NCBI GenBank assembly: GCA_046331125.1
Contig: JAXLRL010000019.1
Location: forward strand, 8,136-72,135
Reading direction: 5' to 3'
DNA from: Acidimicrobiia bacterium
Lineage (GTDB): Bacteria > Actinomycetota > Acidimicrobiia > IMCC26256 > DASPTH01
Length of the DNA stretch: 64,000 bases
This document shows, in pieces, positions 29,565-39,001 of the stretch. How positions within the stretch are numbered: position 1 is the first letter of the stretch; every line of letters starts with the position of its first letter. The notes under the pieces were generated by a model. That model saw only the letters and a list, made by a program, of their open reading frames with translations. It was not told the origin of the DNA and made no database searches. Position numbers and translations under genes: made by a program.

Positions 29565-30344
29565 ATGGACCAGTCCCTGATCGACCTCTTCAGCCTCGAC
29601 GGCCGCGTCGCGATCGTCACCGGATCCACCAAGGGCCTCGGCTACGACATGGCCCTCGGCCTCGCGCAGGCCGGCGCCAACGTGGTGGTGTCGAGTCGCA
29701 ACCAGGACGCGTGCGAGGCGGTGGCCGCCGAGATCACCGAGCGCACCGGCAACGAGGCGTTCGCCGCCGCGCTGCACATGGGTGACTGGGACGCCGCCGA
29801 GCCCTTCGTCGAGAAGGTGATGGACCGCTTCGGACGCATCGACGTGCTCGTGAACAACGCAGGGATCCACCCGGGCCCGATGCCGGTCATCGGGATCCAG
29901 CAGGGCTACTTCGACAAGCTCTACGAGGTGAACCTGCGCGGGCCGGTGCGCCTCGCCGGCCTGGTCGCGCCGCACATGGCGGAGCTGGGCAAGGGCTCGA
30001 TCGTGAACATCGCGACGGTCGGCGCCTTCCAGAGCGGCGTCGGCGTGGGGGTGTACACGTCACTCAAGGCCGCCCTCATCACGTTCACCCGTTCGATGGC
30101 TTCGCGAGTTCGCGCCGATGAACATCCGGGTGAACGCCATCTGCCCCGGTCCGTTCGACTCCGAGATGATGCGCGGCGCCGATCGCATGGACGACGGGTT
30201 CGCCGACCGTTCCGCGGCGGCCACCATGCTCAAGCGGGTGGCCGACTGCCCGAGATCGTCGGCGCCACGCTCTACCTGGCGTCCGGCGCGTCGTCCTACA
30301 CCACCGGCGAGGACCACATCGTCAGCGGCGGCATGGTCCGCTGA
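29565..30344 (+). pseudogene. SDR family oxidoreductase with two compensating frameshifts (about 30098 and about 30248)
   Basis: MDQSLIDLFSLDGRVAIVTGSTKGLGYDMA…YTSLKAALITFTRSMA reads in frame. About 50 codons are then out of frame, while the canonical NIRVNAICPGPFDSEMM…MLKRVA lies in the alternative frame (ORF 30118..). The frame is regained at EIVGATLYLASGASSYTTGEDHIVSGG. Confidence 0.65.
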
Positions 30345-30412
30345 CCGTCGAGTACCGAACTTGCGTCGCTCGTCCCGGGTCTATCGGGACTGACGACGCA
30401 AGTTCGGTCGCG

Positions 30413-31189
30413 TCAAAGGCGGTAGCCGCCGTCGACGGCGATGGACTGACCGGTGATGCCGCGGCCGTCGGCGGCGGCGAGCAACGTGGCCATCCCGCTG
30501 AGCTCCTCGGCCTCGAGGATGCGGTGCTGCGCGGAGTCGGCGAATGCGGACTCCTGCGCCTCCGCGACGGAGACGCCCCGGCGCTTCGCGATGTTGTCCC
30601 AGTCGACGAGCGAGGTGTTGGTCCACCCCGGGCAGAGCAGGTTCACGGTGATGCCGTAGGGCGCCGCGGCGGCCGCGAGCTGCTTGGTGAGCCCGACCAG
30701 CCCGTGCTTCGCCGCGGTGTAGGCGACCGTGCCGCTCGCGTGACGCGACGCGCCCGACCCGATGCTGATCACGCTGCCACTCCCCTGCTCGCGCATCGCG
30801 GGGAACGCGGCCTGGGTGGTCCAGTAGATCGAGGTGAGGCAGAACTGCAGCGTGCGCTCGAACGAGCCGTCGGGGTCGTCGGCGAACGGGTCGTGGTGAC
30901 GGCCGATGGTGCCGCCCACGTTGTTCACCAGCACGTCGACCCGGCCGAAGCGCTCGAGCGCCACCCGCACCGGCTCCTGCGCGCTCTCCTTCACGGTCGC
31001 GTCGGCGACCACGGCGACGCCCGTGCGCCCGAGCGCCGCCATCGACTCCACCACCGCGTCGAGGTCGGACTGCGTGCGCGACGAGATCACGACGTCGGCG
31101 CCCTCCTCGGCGTAGCGCTTCGCGATGGCCCGGCCGATGCCGCGCCCGCCGCCCGTGACGACCGCGATCTTCCCTTCGAGTTGACCCAT
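30413..31189 (-). CDS. SDR family oxidoreductase
   Basis: The ORF is intact: MGQLEGKIAVVTGGGRGIGRAIA…VLVNNVGG…YTAAKHGLVGLTK…VNLLCPGW…ITGQSIAVDGG. Confidence 0.8.
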   Translation of the reverse strand: MGQLEGKIAVVTGGGRGIGRAIAKRYAEEGADVVISSRTQSDLDAVVESMAALGRTGVAVVADATVKESAQEPVRVALERFGRVDVLVNNVGGTIGRHHDPFADDPDGSFERTLQFCLTSIYWTTQAAFPAMREQGSGSVISIGSGASRHASGTVAYTAAKHGLVGLTKQLAAAAAPYGITVNLLCPGWTNTSLVDWDNIAKRRGVSVAEAQESAFADSAQHRILEAEELSGMATLLAAADGRGITGQSIAVDGGYRL

Positions 31190-31259
31190 TGCAGACTCCC
31201 TGCACGTCGACCGGTCGCCGGATGGTGACGACCGGGCGGACCCTATAGCGTTCGCCGCC

Positions 31260-32300
31260 ATGGCAGAGCAGACCAACCCCGTCGACGTCGAGGAAGCCGT
31301 CCCCTCCGGCCCGCTCGGCGCGTGGATCGCCGCCAACGTGGCGAGCGCGCAGGGCCCGGTGCAGGTCACGCAGCTCGCGGGCGGGTCGTCGAACCTCACC
31401 TTCCGGGTGCGCGACGACGCCAACGACTGGGTGCTGCGCCGCCCACCGCTGCGTCACGTGCTGGCCACCGCACACGACATGACGCGGGAGCACACGGTGC
31501 AGGCCGCGCTGCAGGGCACCGACGTGCCCGTCGCGCCGCAGGTCGGGATCTGCGAGGACGAGTCGGTGATCGGCGCGCCCTTCTACCTGATGCAGCGGCT
31601 CGACGGCGTGGTGTACGACGACGTCGATGCCGTCGCCGGCATCACCGAGGCGCAGGCGCTCGGCGCCACCCACGAGCTCGCCGACGTGCTCGCCCACCTG
31701 CACACCACCGACTACGAGAAGGTCGGCCTCGGCGAGTTCGGCCGACCCGCCGGCTTCATGGAACGGCAGCTTCGCCGCTGGAAGAAGCAATGGGACGCCT
31801 CGGTGCTCGAGCCGATCGCCGAGATCGACGCGGTCGCCACCCGCCTCGAGGCGATGCTCCCGCCCGACGGCCGCCACGGCATCGTGCACGGCGACTACAG
31901 CTTCAACAACACGATGTTCCGCGCCGACGACCCCACGAAGATGCTCGCCCTCCTCGACTGGGAGATGTCGACGCTCGGCGACCCGCTCTCCGACGTCGGC
32001 ACGCTGCTCGTCTACTGGGGCGAGGTCGGCGAGCGCATGTGGCGCAGCCGGCAGCCGCAGGCCCACCGGGCGAACGCCGGCTTCCCCGACGCCGACACGC
32101 TCCTCGCCCGCTACCAGGACACGAGCGGCATCGACGTCGGCCACATCGACTTCTACAAGTCGTTCGCGGTGTACAAGCTCGCGGTGATCTCGCAGGGCGC
32201 GGCCAAGCGCATCTCGCTCACCGATCCCGAGCGCGCCGCGGGCACGGTCGAGTCGGTGCGCTGGCTCGCCGAGACCGCGCTCCGTTACGCCGGCGGCTGA
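31260..32300 (+). CDS. phosphotransferase (APH-like) family protein
   Basis: The ORF is intact: GGSSNLTFRVRD…WVLRRPP…IVHGDYSFNNTMF…LLDWEMSTLGDPLSDV. This type is often found next to acyl-CoA-metabolism genes. Confidence 0.75.
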   Translation: MAEQTNPVDVEEAVPSGPLGAWIAANVASAQGPVQVTQLAGGSSNLTFRVRDDANDWVLRRPPLRHVLATAHDMTREHTVQAALQGTDVPVAPQVGICEDESVIGAPFYLMQRLDGVVYDDVDAVAGITEAQALGATHELADVLAHLHTTDYEKVGLGEFGRPAGFMERQLRRWKKQWDASVLEPIAEIDAVATRLEAMLPPDGRHGIVHGDYSFNNTMFRADDPTKMLALLDWEMSTLGDPLSDVGTLLVYWGEVGERMWRSRQPQAHRANAGFPDADTLLARYQDTSGIDVGHIDFYKSFAVYKLAVISQGAAKRISLTDPERAAGTVESVRWLAETALRYAGG

Positions 32301-33139
32301 TCGCGCAACGACAACTGTTCGGCGCGCACCGCGTCGATGCGCTCACCGAGGTGCGGCTGGTGGGCGTCGAGCCCGCCGTTGCAGCCGATGTACTGCCCGG
32401 TCACGTAGGCCGACTCGTCGGACGCGAAGTACAGCACCAGGTGCGCGATGTCGTCGGGCTCCCCGAGGCGCGGCGTCAGCACGTTGCGCGAGATCACGTT
32501 GGCGACGTCGGGCGGGATGTTGTCGCGCAGCGCCGGCGTGAAGATCGGCCCGGGCGAGATCGTGTTGCAGCGGATGCCGTCGAGGCCGTACTGCGTGGCC
32601 ACGTAGTTGGTGAGCGCGTTCACCGCCGCCTTCGACACGCCGTACGCGGTGCGCGTGTGGTCGCCGAGGCGCGACGACGTGGACGACATGTTCACGATCG
32701 AACCGCCACCGCGCTCGATCATCCGCGGCACCGCGTGCTTGCAGCCGAGCATCGGGCCGCGCACGTTCACCGCCATGGTGAGGTCCCACGTGTCGACCGG
32801 CATCTCGGTGACGCGCTGGTCGGGCGCGAAGAGCACCGGGTCGGTGAGGGCCGCGTTGTTGTGCAGGAAGTCGAGGCCACCGAACGCGTCGACCGCCGCC
32901 GCGACCATCGCGATCACGTCGGCCTCGTCGCTCACGTCGGCGGCGACACCGATGGCGCGCCCACCCGCGGCGGCGATCTCCGCCGCGACCGCCTCGGCCC
33001 GCTCGCCGATCAGGTCGGCGACGCACACCGCCGCACCCTCCGACGCGAGGAGCCGGCTCGTGGCGGCGCCGATGCCCGAGCCGCCGCCCGTGACCAGCGC
33101 GACCTTGCCCTCCACGCGCCCCGGTCGCGGCCCGGTCAT
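32285..33139 (-). CDS. SDR family oxidoreductase
   Basis: The ORF is intact: GKVALVTGGGSGIGAAT…NNAA…YGVSKAAVNALT…NTISPGPI…VTGQYIGCNGG. Its ATG overlaps the upstream stop (ATGA). Confidence 0.8.
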   Translation of the reverse strand: MTGPRPGRVEGKVALVTGGGSGIGAATSRLLASEGAAVCVADLIGERAEAVAAEIAAAGGRAIGVAADVSDEADVIAMVAAAVDAFGGLDFLHNNAALTDPVLFAPDQRVTEMPVDTWDLTMAVNVRGPMLGCKHAVPRMIERGGGSIVNMSSTSSRLGDHTRTAYGVSKAAVNALTNYVATQYGLDGIRCNTISPGPIFTPALRDNIPPDVANVISRNVLTPRLGEPDDIAHLVLYFASDESAYVTGQYIGCNGGLDAHQPHLGERIDAVRAEQLSLRDQPPA

Positions 33140-33954
33140 CAGAGCCCGACGCCCATGGCGTGGATCGCGCCGGTGACCCCGCCGTCGACCCGCAGGTCGC
33201 AGCCGCTGACGAACGACGCCTCCGGGCCGCAGAGCCACTGCACCGCGGCGCCGATGTCCTCGGCGGTCCCGATGCGCGGCACCGGCGACAGGTCGAGCAT
33301 GCCCTGCATCTGCTCGCCCGAGCCCTCGGTGATCTCCTTCTGACCCATGGGCGTGGAGATGATGCCGGGGCTGATGCTCACGACGCGACCGCCCTTCGGG
33401 CCCCAGATGCCGGCGAAGCGCTCGACCCGCAGGTGGTTCACCCGCTTGGCGATGCTGTAGGTCGCGCCGAAGTCCATGCCGTCGACCGGGCCGATGATGC
33501 CCAGCAGGTCGTCGGTCTCCGCGGTGATGAGCGCGGCCTGCTGCTCCGAGGTGAGGGTGGCCATGTAGCCCGCCATCGACGCGATGCACACGGCGACGGT
33601 GCCCTCGGTGACGATCTCGGTGAACGCCTCGAGCACGTACTCCGTGCCGAGCAGGTCGACCTGCAGCACGCGCTCGCCGCTCGCCATCGTGGGCGACAGG
33701 CCCGCGGTGTGCACGAGCGCGCGCAGCGTGCCGAGCGCGGCGGCCGCGTCGACGAGTCGCTTCACCGAACCGCGGTCCGACACGTCGACCTCGACGGTGG
33801 TGACCGCGAATCCGTCGGCCCGCAGCTTGTCACCCTCGGCGGCGAGCTTGGCGCCGTCGAAGTCGGCGATGACGAGCTGACGCCCGTTGCCGAGGCGACG
33901 CGCCGCCACCACTCCCATGCCCCCGATACCGGTGACGACGACGACTTCGCTCAT
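33139..33954 (-). CDS. SDR family oxidoreductase (atypical)
   Basis: The ORF is intact: MSEVVVVTGIGGMGVVAARRL…VHTAGLSP…YSIAKRVNHL…VSISPGIISTPM…VSGCDLRVDGG. Confidence 0.7.
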   Translation of the reverse strand: MSEVVVVTGIGGMGVVAARRLGNGRQLVIADFDGAKLAAEGDKLRADGFAVTTVEVDVSDRGSVKRLVDAAAALGTLRALVHTAGLSPTMASGERVLQVDLLGTEYVLEAFTEIVTEGTVAVCIASMAGYMATLTSEQQAALITAETDDLLGIIGPVDGMDFGATYSIAKRVNHLRVERFAGIWGPKGGRVVSISPGIISTPMGQKEITEGSGEQMQGMLDLSPVPRIGTAEDIGAAVQWLCGPEASFVSGCDLRVDGGVTGAIHAMGVGL

Positions 33955-33968
33955 GGTGGTGCTCCTGT

Positions 33969-34805
33969 TCAGTCGAAATTCGGGCTGCGCGGCACGCGGC
34001 GCGCGACGAGGTCCTCGGCGCGGCCCTCGAGCTGCTCGGCGTAGCTGTCACGGGTGGGCACCAGGAAGTCGCCGCCGCGGATCGCGTCGACGACCAGGCC
34101 GGCGACCTCGTCGGGATGACGGCCGTGCGCGGCCGCCGAGTCGCGCAGCGCCTGCTCGACGAAGCCGCCCGCCGCGGTCTGTTCCGACGCGAGGCCGTCG
34201 GGCCGGTTCCGGCGCGAGTGGGCGATGCCGGTGGCGACGAGGCCGGGGCAGAGCGCCGAGACCCCGATGCGGGCGCCGGTGGCGGCGAGGTCGTGGGCGA
34301 GGCACTCGGTGGCGGCCATCGCCGCGAACTTCGAGACGTTGTAGGGACCGCTGTAGGGCGTCGTCGCGATGCCCGCCATCGACACCGTGTTCACCACGTG
34401 ACCGTCGGTGCCCTGGGCCACCATGCGCGGCACGAACGCGGCGACGCCGTGGAGGATGCCCCACAGGTTCACGCCGAGCGTCCACTCGAAGTCGGCCGGC
34501 GTGCACTCCCAGAGCAGGCCGCCCTGGAACACGCCGGCGTTGTTGCACAGCACGTCGACCGCGCCGCACTCCCCGAAGGCGACGTCGGCCAGCGCGAACA
34601 CGTCGTCGCGGTTCGCCACGTCGGTCACACACGTGACCGCGTCGGCGGGCAGCAGCGCGGCCGTCTCCGCGAGTGCGACTGCCTCGACGTCGGCGGCGAC
34701 GACGCGCATGCCCTCGGCCGCGAAGCGCGTCGCGAGCGAACGCCCGATGCCACTTCCCGCGCCGGTGACCACGGCGACGTGTCCGGCGAGACTCTCCAGT
34801 GCCAT
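33969..34805 (-). CDS. SDR family oxidoreductase
   Basis: The ORF is intact: GHVAVVTGAGSGIGRSLA…LCNNAGV…YNVSKFAAMAATE…SALCPGLV. Confidence 0.8.
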   Translation of the reverse strand: MALESLAGHVAVVTGAGSGIGRSLATRFAAEGMRVVAADVEAVALAETAALLPADAVTCVTDVANRDDVFALADVAFGECGAVDVLCNNAGVFQGGLLWECTPADFEWTLGVNLWGILHGVAAFVPRMVAQGTDGHVVNTVSMAGIATTPYSGPYNVSKFAAMAATECLAHDLAATGARIGVSALCPGLVATGIAHSRRNRPDGLASEQTAAGGFVEQALRDSAAAHGRHPDEVAGLVVDAIRGGDFLVPTRDSYAEQLEGRAEDLVARRVPRSPNFD

Positions 34806-34816
34806 GGCGCGGGAGC

Positions 34817-35629
34817 CTACGCCGGGGGGAGCACGGAGATGCGGTGCATCACCCGGCGCTCGGTGAAGTCGAACGCCGCGTGGTGCATCACCGAGCGGTT
34901 GTCCCAGATCAGGAGGTCGCCCGGCTCCCACCGGTGCCGGTACCCGAATTCGGGGCGCTGCAGGTGTCCGGTGAGGTACTCGAGGATGGCCCGGCTCTCG
35001 GTCAGCGCCACGCCCTCGAGGAAGCGGGTGTACGTGGGCGACACGTACAGGGCCCGCCGCCCGCTCACCGGGTGCACGAGCACCACCGGGTGCGACGCGC
35101 ACTTGCCCTTCTGCAACTCGGCGATCAGGAGGTCGGGCCCGGCCGAGCCGCCCTGCCAGCGCATCTCGGCGATCAGCGCGAGGTCGTGCACGGCGGTGAG
35201 GCCGTCGAGGTATGCCTGCATGCGCGCCGACAGGCCGTCGTACGCGGCGTGCAACGAGATGAACGACGTGTCGCCACCGAACGACGGCAGCTGGATCGCA
35301 TGGGTCATGGTGACCATCGGCGGGCGTTCGAGGAACTGCTCGTCGACGTGCCACATGCTCGCCCGGTCGCCGCGGGCGGAGTCGAGCACGGTGATGTGCT
35401 CGAGCCCCTCGCCCTGGTTCTCGAAGAACTCGTGGTGCTCGAGCTCGCCGAAGTGGCGGGCGAGCTGCACGTGCTGCTCCGGGCGCATCCCGGCGGCCGC
35501 GACTGCGAGCACCCCGAACTCCGTGAGCGCCTTCTCGATCCCCGCGAGGTCTCCCTCGGTGAGGCCGCCGTCCCAATCGATGCCGGCCACCCGCGCGCCG
35601 AGTGCGCCGTTCAGTCGTGCGATGTCCAT
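34817..35629 (-). CDS. TauD/TfdA family Fe(II)/2-oxoglutarate dioxygenase
   Basis: The ORF is intact: MDIARLNGALGARVAGIDW…MWHVDEQF (HxD)…LLIWDNRSVMHHA. Confidence 0.8.
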   Translation of the reverse strand: MDIARLNGALGARVAGIDWDGGLTEGDLAGIEKALTEFGVLAVAAAGMRPEQHVQLARHFGELEHHEFFENQGEGLEHITVLDSARGDRASMWHVDEQFLERPPMVTMTHAIQLPSFGGDTSFISLHAAYDGLSARMQAYLDGLTAVHDLALIAEMRWQGGSAGPDLLIAELQKGKCASHPVVLVHPVSGRRALYVSPTYTRFLEGVALTESRAILEYLTGHLQRPEFGYRHRWEPGDLLIWDNRSVMHHAAFDFTERRVMHRISVLPPA

Positions 35630-35655
35630 CGCGCAACTCTGCCAGACTCCGGCCC

Positions 35656-36486
35656 ATGACGGGACTGACGCTCACGGGACTCGAGGGCAAGGTGGCGGTG
35701 GTGACGGGCGCCGGGCGCATGCGCTCCATCGGCCGCCCCATCGCCGTGGAGCTGGCGCGCGCCGGGTGCGACATCGTGCTCACCGGCACCGGCCGTGCAC
35801 CGGAGCGGTATCCCGACGACGAGAAGGAGGCGGGCTGGCGCGACATCGAATCCGTCGCCGACGAGGTCCGGGCCCTCGGCCGGCGGGCGCTCCCCGTCGT
35901 GAGCAACGTGGCCGACGCCGACGCGGTCGACGCGCTGGTCACACGCACGCTCGACGAGTTCGGCCGCGTCGACATCGTCGTGAACAACGCAGGTGCGGCG
36001 CGCGGCGAGGACCGCGTGCCGGTGGTCGACCTCGCGCTCGACGCGTGGCGCACCGTGATCGACGTGAACCTCAATGGCACCTTCTACATGAGCCGCGCGT
36101 TCGGGCGCGCGCTCGTGGAGCAGGGCCAGGGTGGATCCATCGTGAACATCTCGTCGATCGGCGGGAAGATGATGGCAGCGAACACCGCGGCGTACGCGGC
36201 GTCGAAGGCCGGCATCCACGCGCTCACCTCCGCGATGTCGGGTGAGATGGGCCGTCACCGCGTGCGGGTGAACGCGGTGTGCCCCGGCATCATCGACACC
36301 TACCGCATGGACGACGTGCCGCGTGGCGAGGTGTGGGACGCGCTCATCGCCAAGCAGGTGCCGCTCGGGCGCCACGGCACCGGCGAGGACATCGCCTACA
36401 TGGTGGTGTACCTGTGCTCCGACCAGGGCTCCTGGATCACCGGCCAGCTCTACACGGTCGACGGCGGCACCGTCCCCAACCGCTGA
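35656..36486 (+). CDS. SDR family oxidoreductase
   Basis: The ORF is intact: GKVAVVTGAGRMRSIGRPIA…VVNNAG…YAASKAGIHALT…NAVCPGIIDT…ITGQLYTVDGG. It lies only 26 bp from the divergent TauD start. Confidence 0.8.
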   Translation: MTGLTLTGLEGKVAVVTGAGRMRSIGRPIAVELARAGCDIVLTGTGRAPERYPDDEKEAGWRDIESVADEVRALGRRALPVVSNVADADAVDALVTRTLDEFGRVDIVVNNAGAARGEDRVPVVDLALDAWRTVIDVNLNGTFYMSRAFGRALVEQGQGGSIVNISSIGGKMMAANTAAYAASKAGIHALTSAMSGEMGRHRVRVNAVCPGIIDTYRMDDVPRGEVWDALIAKQVPLGRHGTGEDIAYMVVYLCSDQGSWITGQLYTVDGGTVPNR

Positions 36487-36494
36487 TCCCTACA

Positions 36495-36533
36495 TGCGTC
36501 GATCGTGCGCCCATATCCGCGCCGATTGACGCA
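36495..36533. terminator. imperfect hairpin between convergent SDR and GH1 genes
   Basis: TGCGTCGATCG … CGATTGACGCA forms an 11-bp stem with 1 mismatch and a 17-nt loop, inside a 59-bp convergent gap. Confidence 0.3.
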
Positions 36534-36545
36534 CGAACAGGAGAG

Positions 36546-37745
36546 TCAGCGCGCGTTGGCGCGGATGATCTCGGCGTAGTGGTCGAACGACGGTTTGGGC
36601 GTGCGGGCGAACGTGGCGCGGTCGACGGCGACGAGGCCGAACTTCGGGCGGTACCCGAACGCCCACTCGAAGTTGTCGAGCAGCGACCAGTACGTGTAGC
36701 CGCGCACGTCGATGCCCTCGTCGAGGCAGTCGAGCACGCCGTCGAGCGCGGCGTCGACGTAGGCGATGCGTTGTGCGTCGTCGTCGGTGCCGATGCCGTT
36801 CTCGGTCACGTACAACGGCACCTTCCCACCGGTGACCTCCCACGCCCGCCGGATCGTGTTGCCGAGTGACGCCGGGTAGTACTCGTAGCCCATCGCCAGC
36901 ACCGGCACGCCGTCCTCGGGGCCGTCGAGACCGTTCGCGTCCACCCGGAAGCGTGAGTAGGTCTGCACACCGAAGAAGTCGTCGTCGGGCTGCACGCAGG
37001 CGAAGAACGCGTCCTCCGACATGGCCCGCATCTCGTCACGCGCCGCCTCACCACCGGGAAGCGCCTGGTAGTCGGTCATGGACAACGTGAGGCCCACGGG
37101 CACACCGGGGGCGTTCGCCCGGATGGCCGCGACCGCCTTGCGGTGCGCGTCGTTGAACACCTCGGTGACGCGCGTGAACTCGTCGGGGTCGGCGTGACCG
37201 GGGGGAAACACCCCGAGCAGGTGACCCATCAGGGCGACGATGTTGGGCTCGTTGATCGTGCAGGCCCGCCGGACGAACGGCCCGAGCTCGGCGGCCGCGC
37301 GCGCACAGAACGCGCCGAACGCATCGGCGGTCGCGGGATCGAGCCAGCCTCCGCGGGCCGCGATCCAGCGCGGCGACGAGAAGTGGTGGAACGTCACCAC
37401 GGGGTCGATGCCGCGCGCGAGCAGCGCCGCGCACTGACGGCGGTAGTGGTCGACGGCCGCGTGCGACCACACTCCCGGCTCCGGCTCGATGCGGCTCCAC
37501 TCGATCGAGAAGCGATAGCTCGTGAGACCGAGGCGCGCACACAGGTCGACGTCGTCGGCCCAGCGGTTCCACGAGTCGCACGCGTCGCCGCTCGGGTCCT
37601 CGGTGCGCGCGCTCCCGTCGTCCCGGGGAGTGTGCTCGAACGCCCACCAGTCGTTGTTGGTGTTGCCACCCTCGATCTGGTGCGCGGCGGTGGCACTGCC
37701 CCAGTCGAAGCCGTCGGGGAAGGAACGGGTCATGGCGGCATTCAT
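36546..37745 (-). CDS. glycoside hydrolase family 1 beta-glucosidase
   Basis: The ORF is intact: FPDGFDWGSATAAHQIEGG, TINEPN (acid/base Glu), YVTENGIG (nucleophile Glu) and YTYWSLLDNFEW. Its ATG overlaps the upstream stop (ATGA). An alternative start lies at 37733. Confidence 0.85.
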   Translation of the reverse strand: MNAAMTRSFPDGFDWGSATAAHQIEGGNTNNDWWAFEHTPRDDGSARTEDPSGDACDSWNRWADDVDLCARLGLTSYRFSIEWSRIEPEPGVWSHAAVDHYRRQCAALLARGIDPVVTFHHFSSPRWIAARGGWLDPATADAFGAFCARAAAELGPFVRRACTINEPNIVALMGHLLGVFPPGHADPDEFTRVTEVFNDAHRKAVAAIRANAPGVPVGLTLSMTDYQALPGGEAARDEMRAMSEDAFFACVQPDDDFFGVQTYSRFRVDANGLDGPEDGVPVLAMGYEYYPASLGNTIRRAWEVTGGKVPLYVTENGIGTDDDAQRIAYVDAALDGVLDCLDEGIDVRGYTYWSLLDNFEWAFGYRPKFGLVAVDRATFARTPKPSFDHYAEIIRANAR

Positions 37746-38959
37746 CCGGCTGGTCTCCAGTCCATGAGATCGGGAGTGAGTGACGCGAGGTCGGGTGCAC
37801 CGAGCAGCGCCATGACCCGGCGCATGTCGGCGAGGAAGAGGTCGAGCACGAAGTCGACGCCGCGCTCCCCCGCCGCGCCGAGCCCGTAGAGGTACGCGCG
37901 CCCGGCCATGCACGCGTTCGCACCGAGGGCGACGGCCTTCACGATGTCGCTGCCGCGCCGCACCCCGCCGTCGCAGATGATCTCGACGCGCCCACCCACC
38001 GCGTCGGCGACCGGCGGCACGAGGTCGAGGATCGCGGGCGCGCCGTCGAGCTGACGGCCGCCGTGGTTGGAGAGTGCGACCGCCTCGATGCCGGCGTCGG
38101 CGGCGAGCACCGCGTCGGCGACCGTCTGCACGCCCTTCATGACGATCGGGCCGTCCCACACGGACCGGATCCACTCGACGTCGGCCCACGAGAGCCCGCC
38201 GTCGAGCGCGTGGTGCATGTAGTCGGCGAGGTCGATCGGGGTGCTGCCGTCGCCCACGTGGCTGCCGGCGACGTTGGCGAAGCGGATCGGCTCGGCGCGG
38301 GCGAACGCCCAGGTCCAGGAGGGGTGGAGCGCGCCGTCGAGCAGCGTGCCGGGACCGAGCGCCGGCGGCAGGGTGAAGCCGTTGCGCACGTCGCGCTCGC
38401 GGCGCCCGTGCACCACGAGGTCGACGGTGAACACCAGCGCCTCGAACCCCGAGGCCTTCGCGCGCGCCAGCATGTCGACGACGAGGCCGCGGTCCTTGAA
38501 CATGTAGAGCTGGAACCACTTGCGGCCGTCGCTGACCGCGGCGACCTCTTCCATCGAACGGGTGCCCAGGGTGGAGAGCGCGTACGGCAGGCCGGCGCGC
38601 GCCGCGGCGCGGGCGACGGCCAACTCGCCCTGCGGGTCGGCGATGCGGGTGAACCCGGTGGGCGCGAGCACCAGCGGGTACGCAAGCGGCCGCCCGAGCA
38701 GGGTGGTCGCGGTGTCGATGCTCCCCACACCGCGCAGGACCCGCGGGCGGTAGGTCACCCGGGCGAAGGCGTCGGCGTTGGCCGCCAGGGTGCGCTCGTC
38801 CTCCGCAGCGCAGTCGATGTAGTCGAACACCCCGCGCGGGAGGCGCCGCCGGGCGATGGCCCGCAGGTCGGCCACGCTCGCCACCCGCTCCAGGCGCCGG
38901 GCCACCGGGTCGGCCTCGAAGCGGCGGAACCGCATCACGGAGCGGAGCGTCTCGAGCAC
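37742..38959 (-). CDS. FMN-dependent alpha-hydroxy-acid dehydrogenase (second copy)
   Basis: The ORF is an intact 405 aa: ARRRLPRGVFDYIDCAAEDE…LVLAPTGF…WFQLYMFKDR…IVMKGVQTVADA…ALSNHGGRQLDG…CDGGVRRGSDIVKAVALGA. Confidence 0.8.
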   Translation of the reverse strand: MLETLRSVMRFRRFEADPVARRLERVASVADLRAIARRRLPRGVFDYIDCAAEDERTLAANADAFARVTYRPRVLRGVGSIDTATTLLGRPLAYPLVLAPTGFTRIADPQGELAVARAAARAGLPYALSTLGTRSMEEVAAVSDGRKWFQLYMFKDRGLVVDMLARAKASGFEALVFTVDLVVHGRRERDVRNGFTLPPALGPGTLLDGALHPSWTWAFARAEPIRFANVAGSHVGDGSTPIDLADYMHHALDGGLSWADVEWIRSVWDGPIVMKGVQTVADAVLAADAGIEAVALSNHGGRQLDGAPAILDLVPPVADAVGGRVEIICDGGVRRGSDIVKAVALGANACMAGRAYLYGLGAAGERGVDFVLDLFLADMRRVMALLGAPDLASLTPDLMDWRPAG

Positions 38960-38965
38960 GGCCGC

Positions 38966-38992
38966 ACGCTACCGCCGCCCGGGTTCTAGGCT
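38966..38992. promoter_or_regulatory. back-to-back -10-like hexamers in a 42-bp divergent gap
   Basis: The minus-strand TAGCGT (38966-38971) lies 6 nt before GTG 38959. The plus-strand TAGGCT (38987-38992) lies 9 nt before ATG 39002. TAGGCTCCCCGCCCCATGGA resembles TAGGCTCCCCCGCCATGGA at 29551. Confidence 0.3.
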
Positions 38993-39001
38993 CCCCGCCC
39001 C

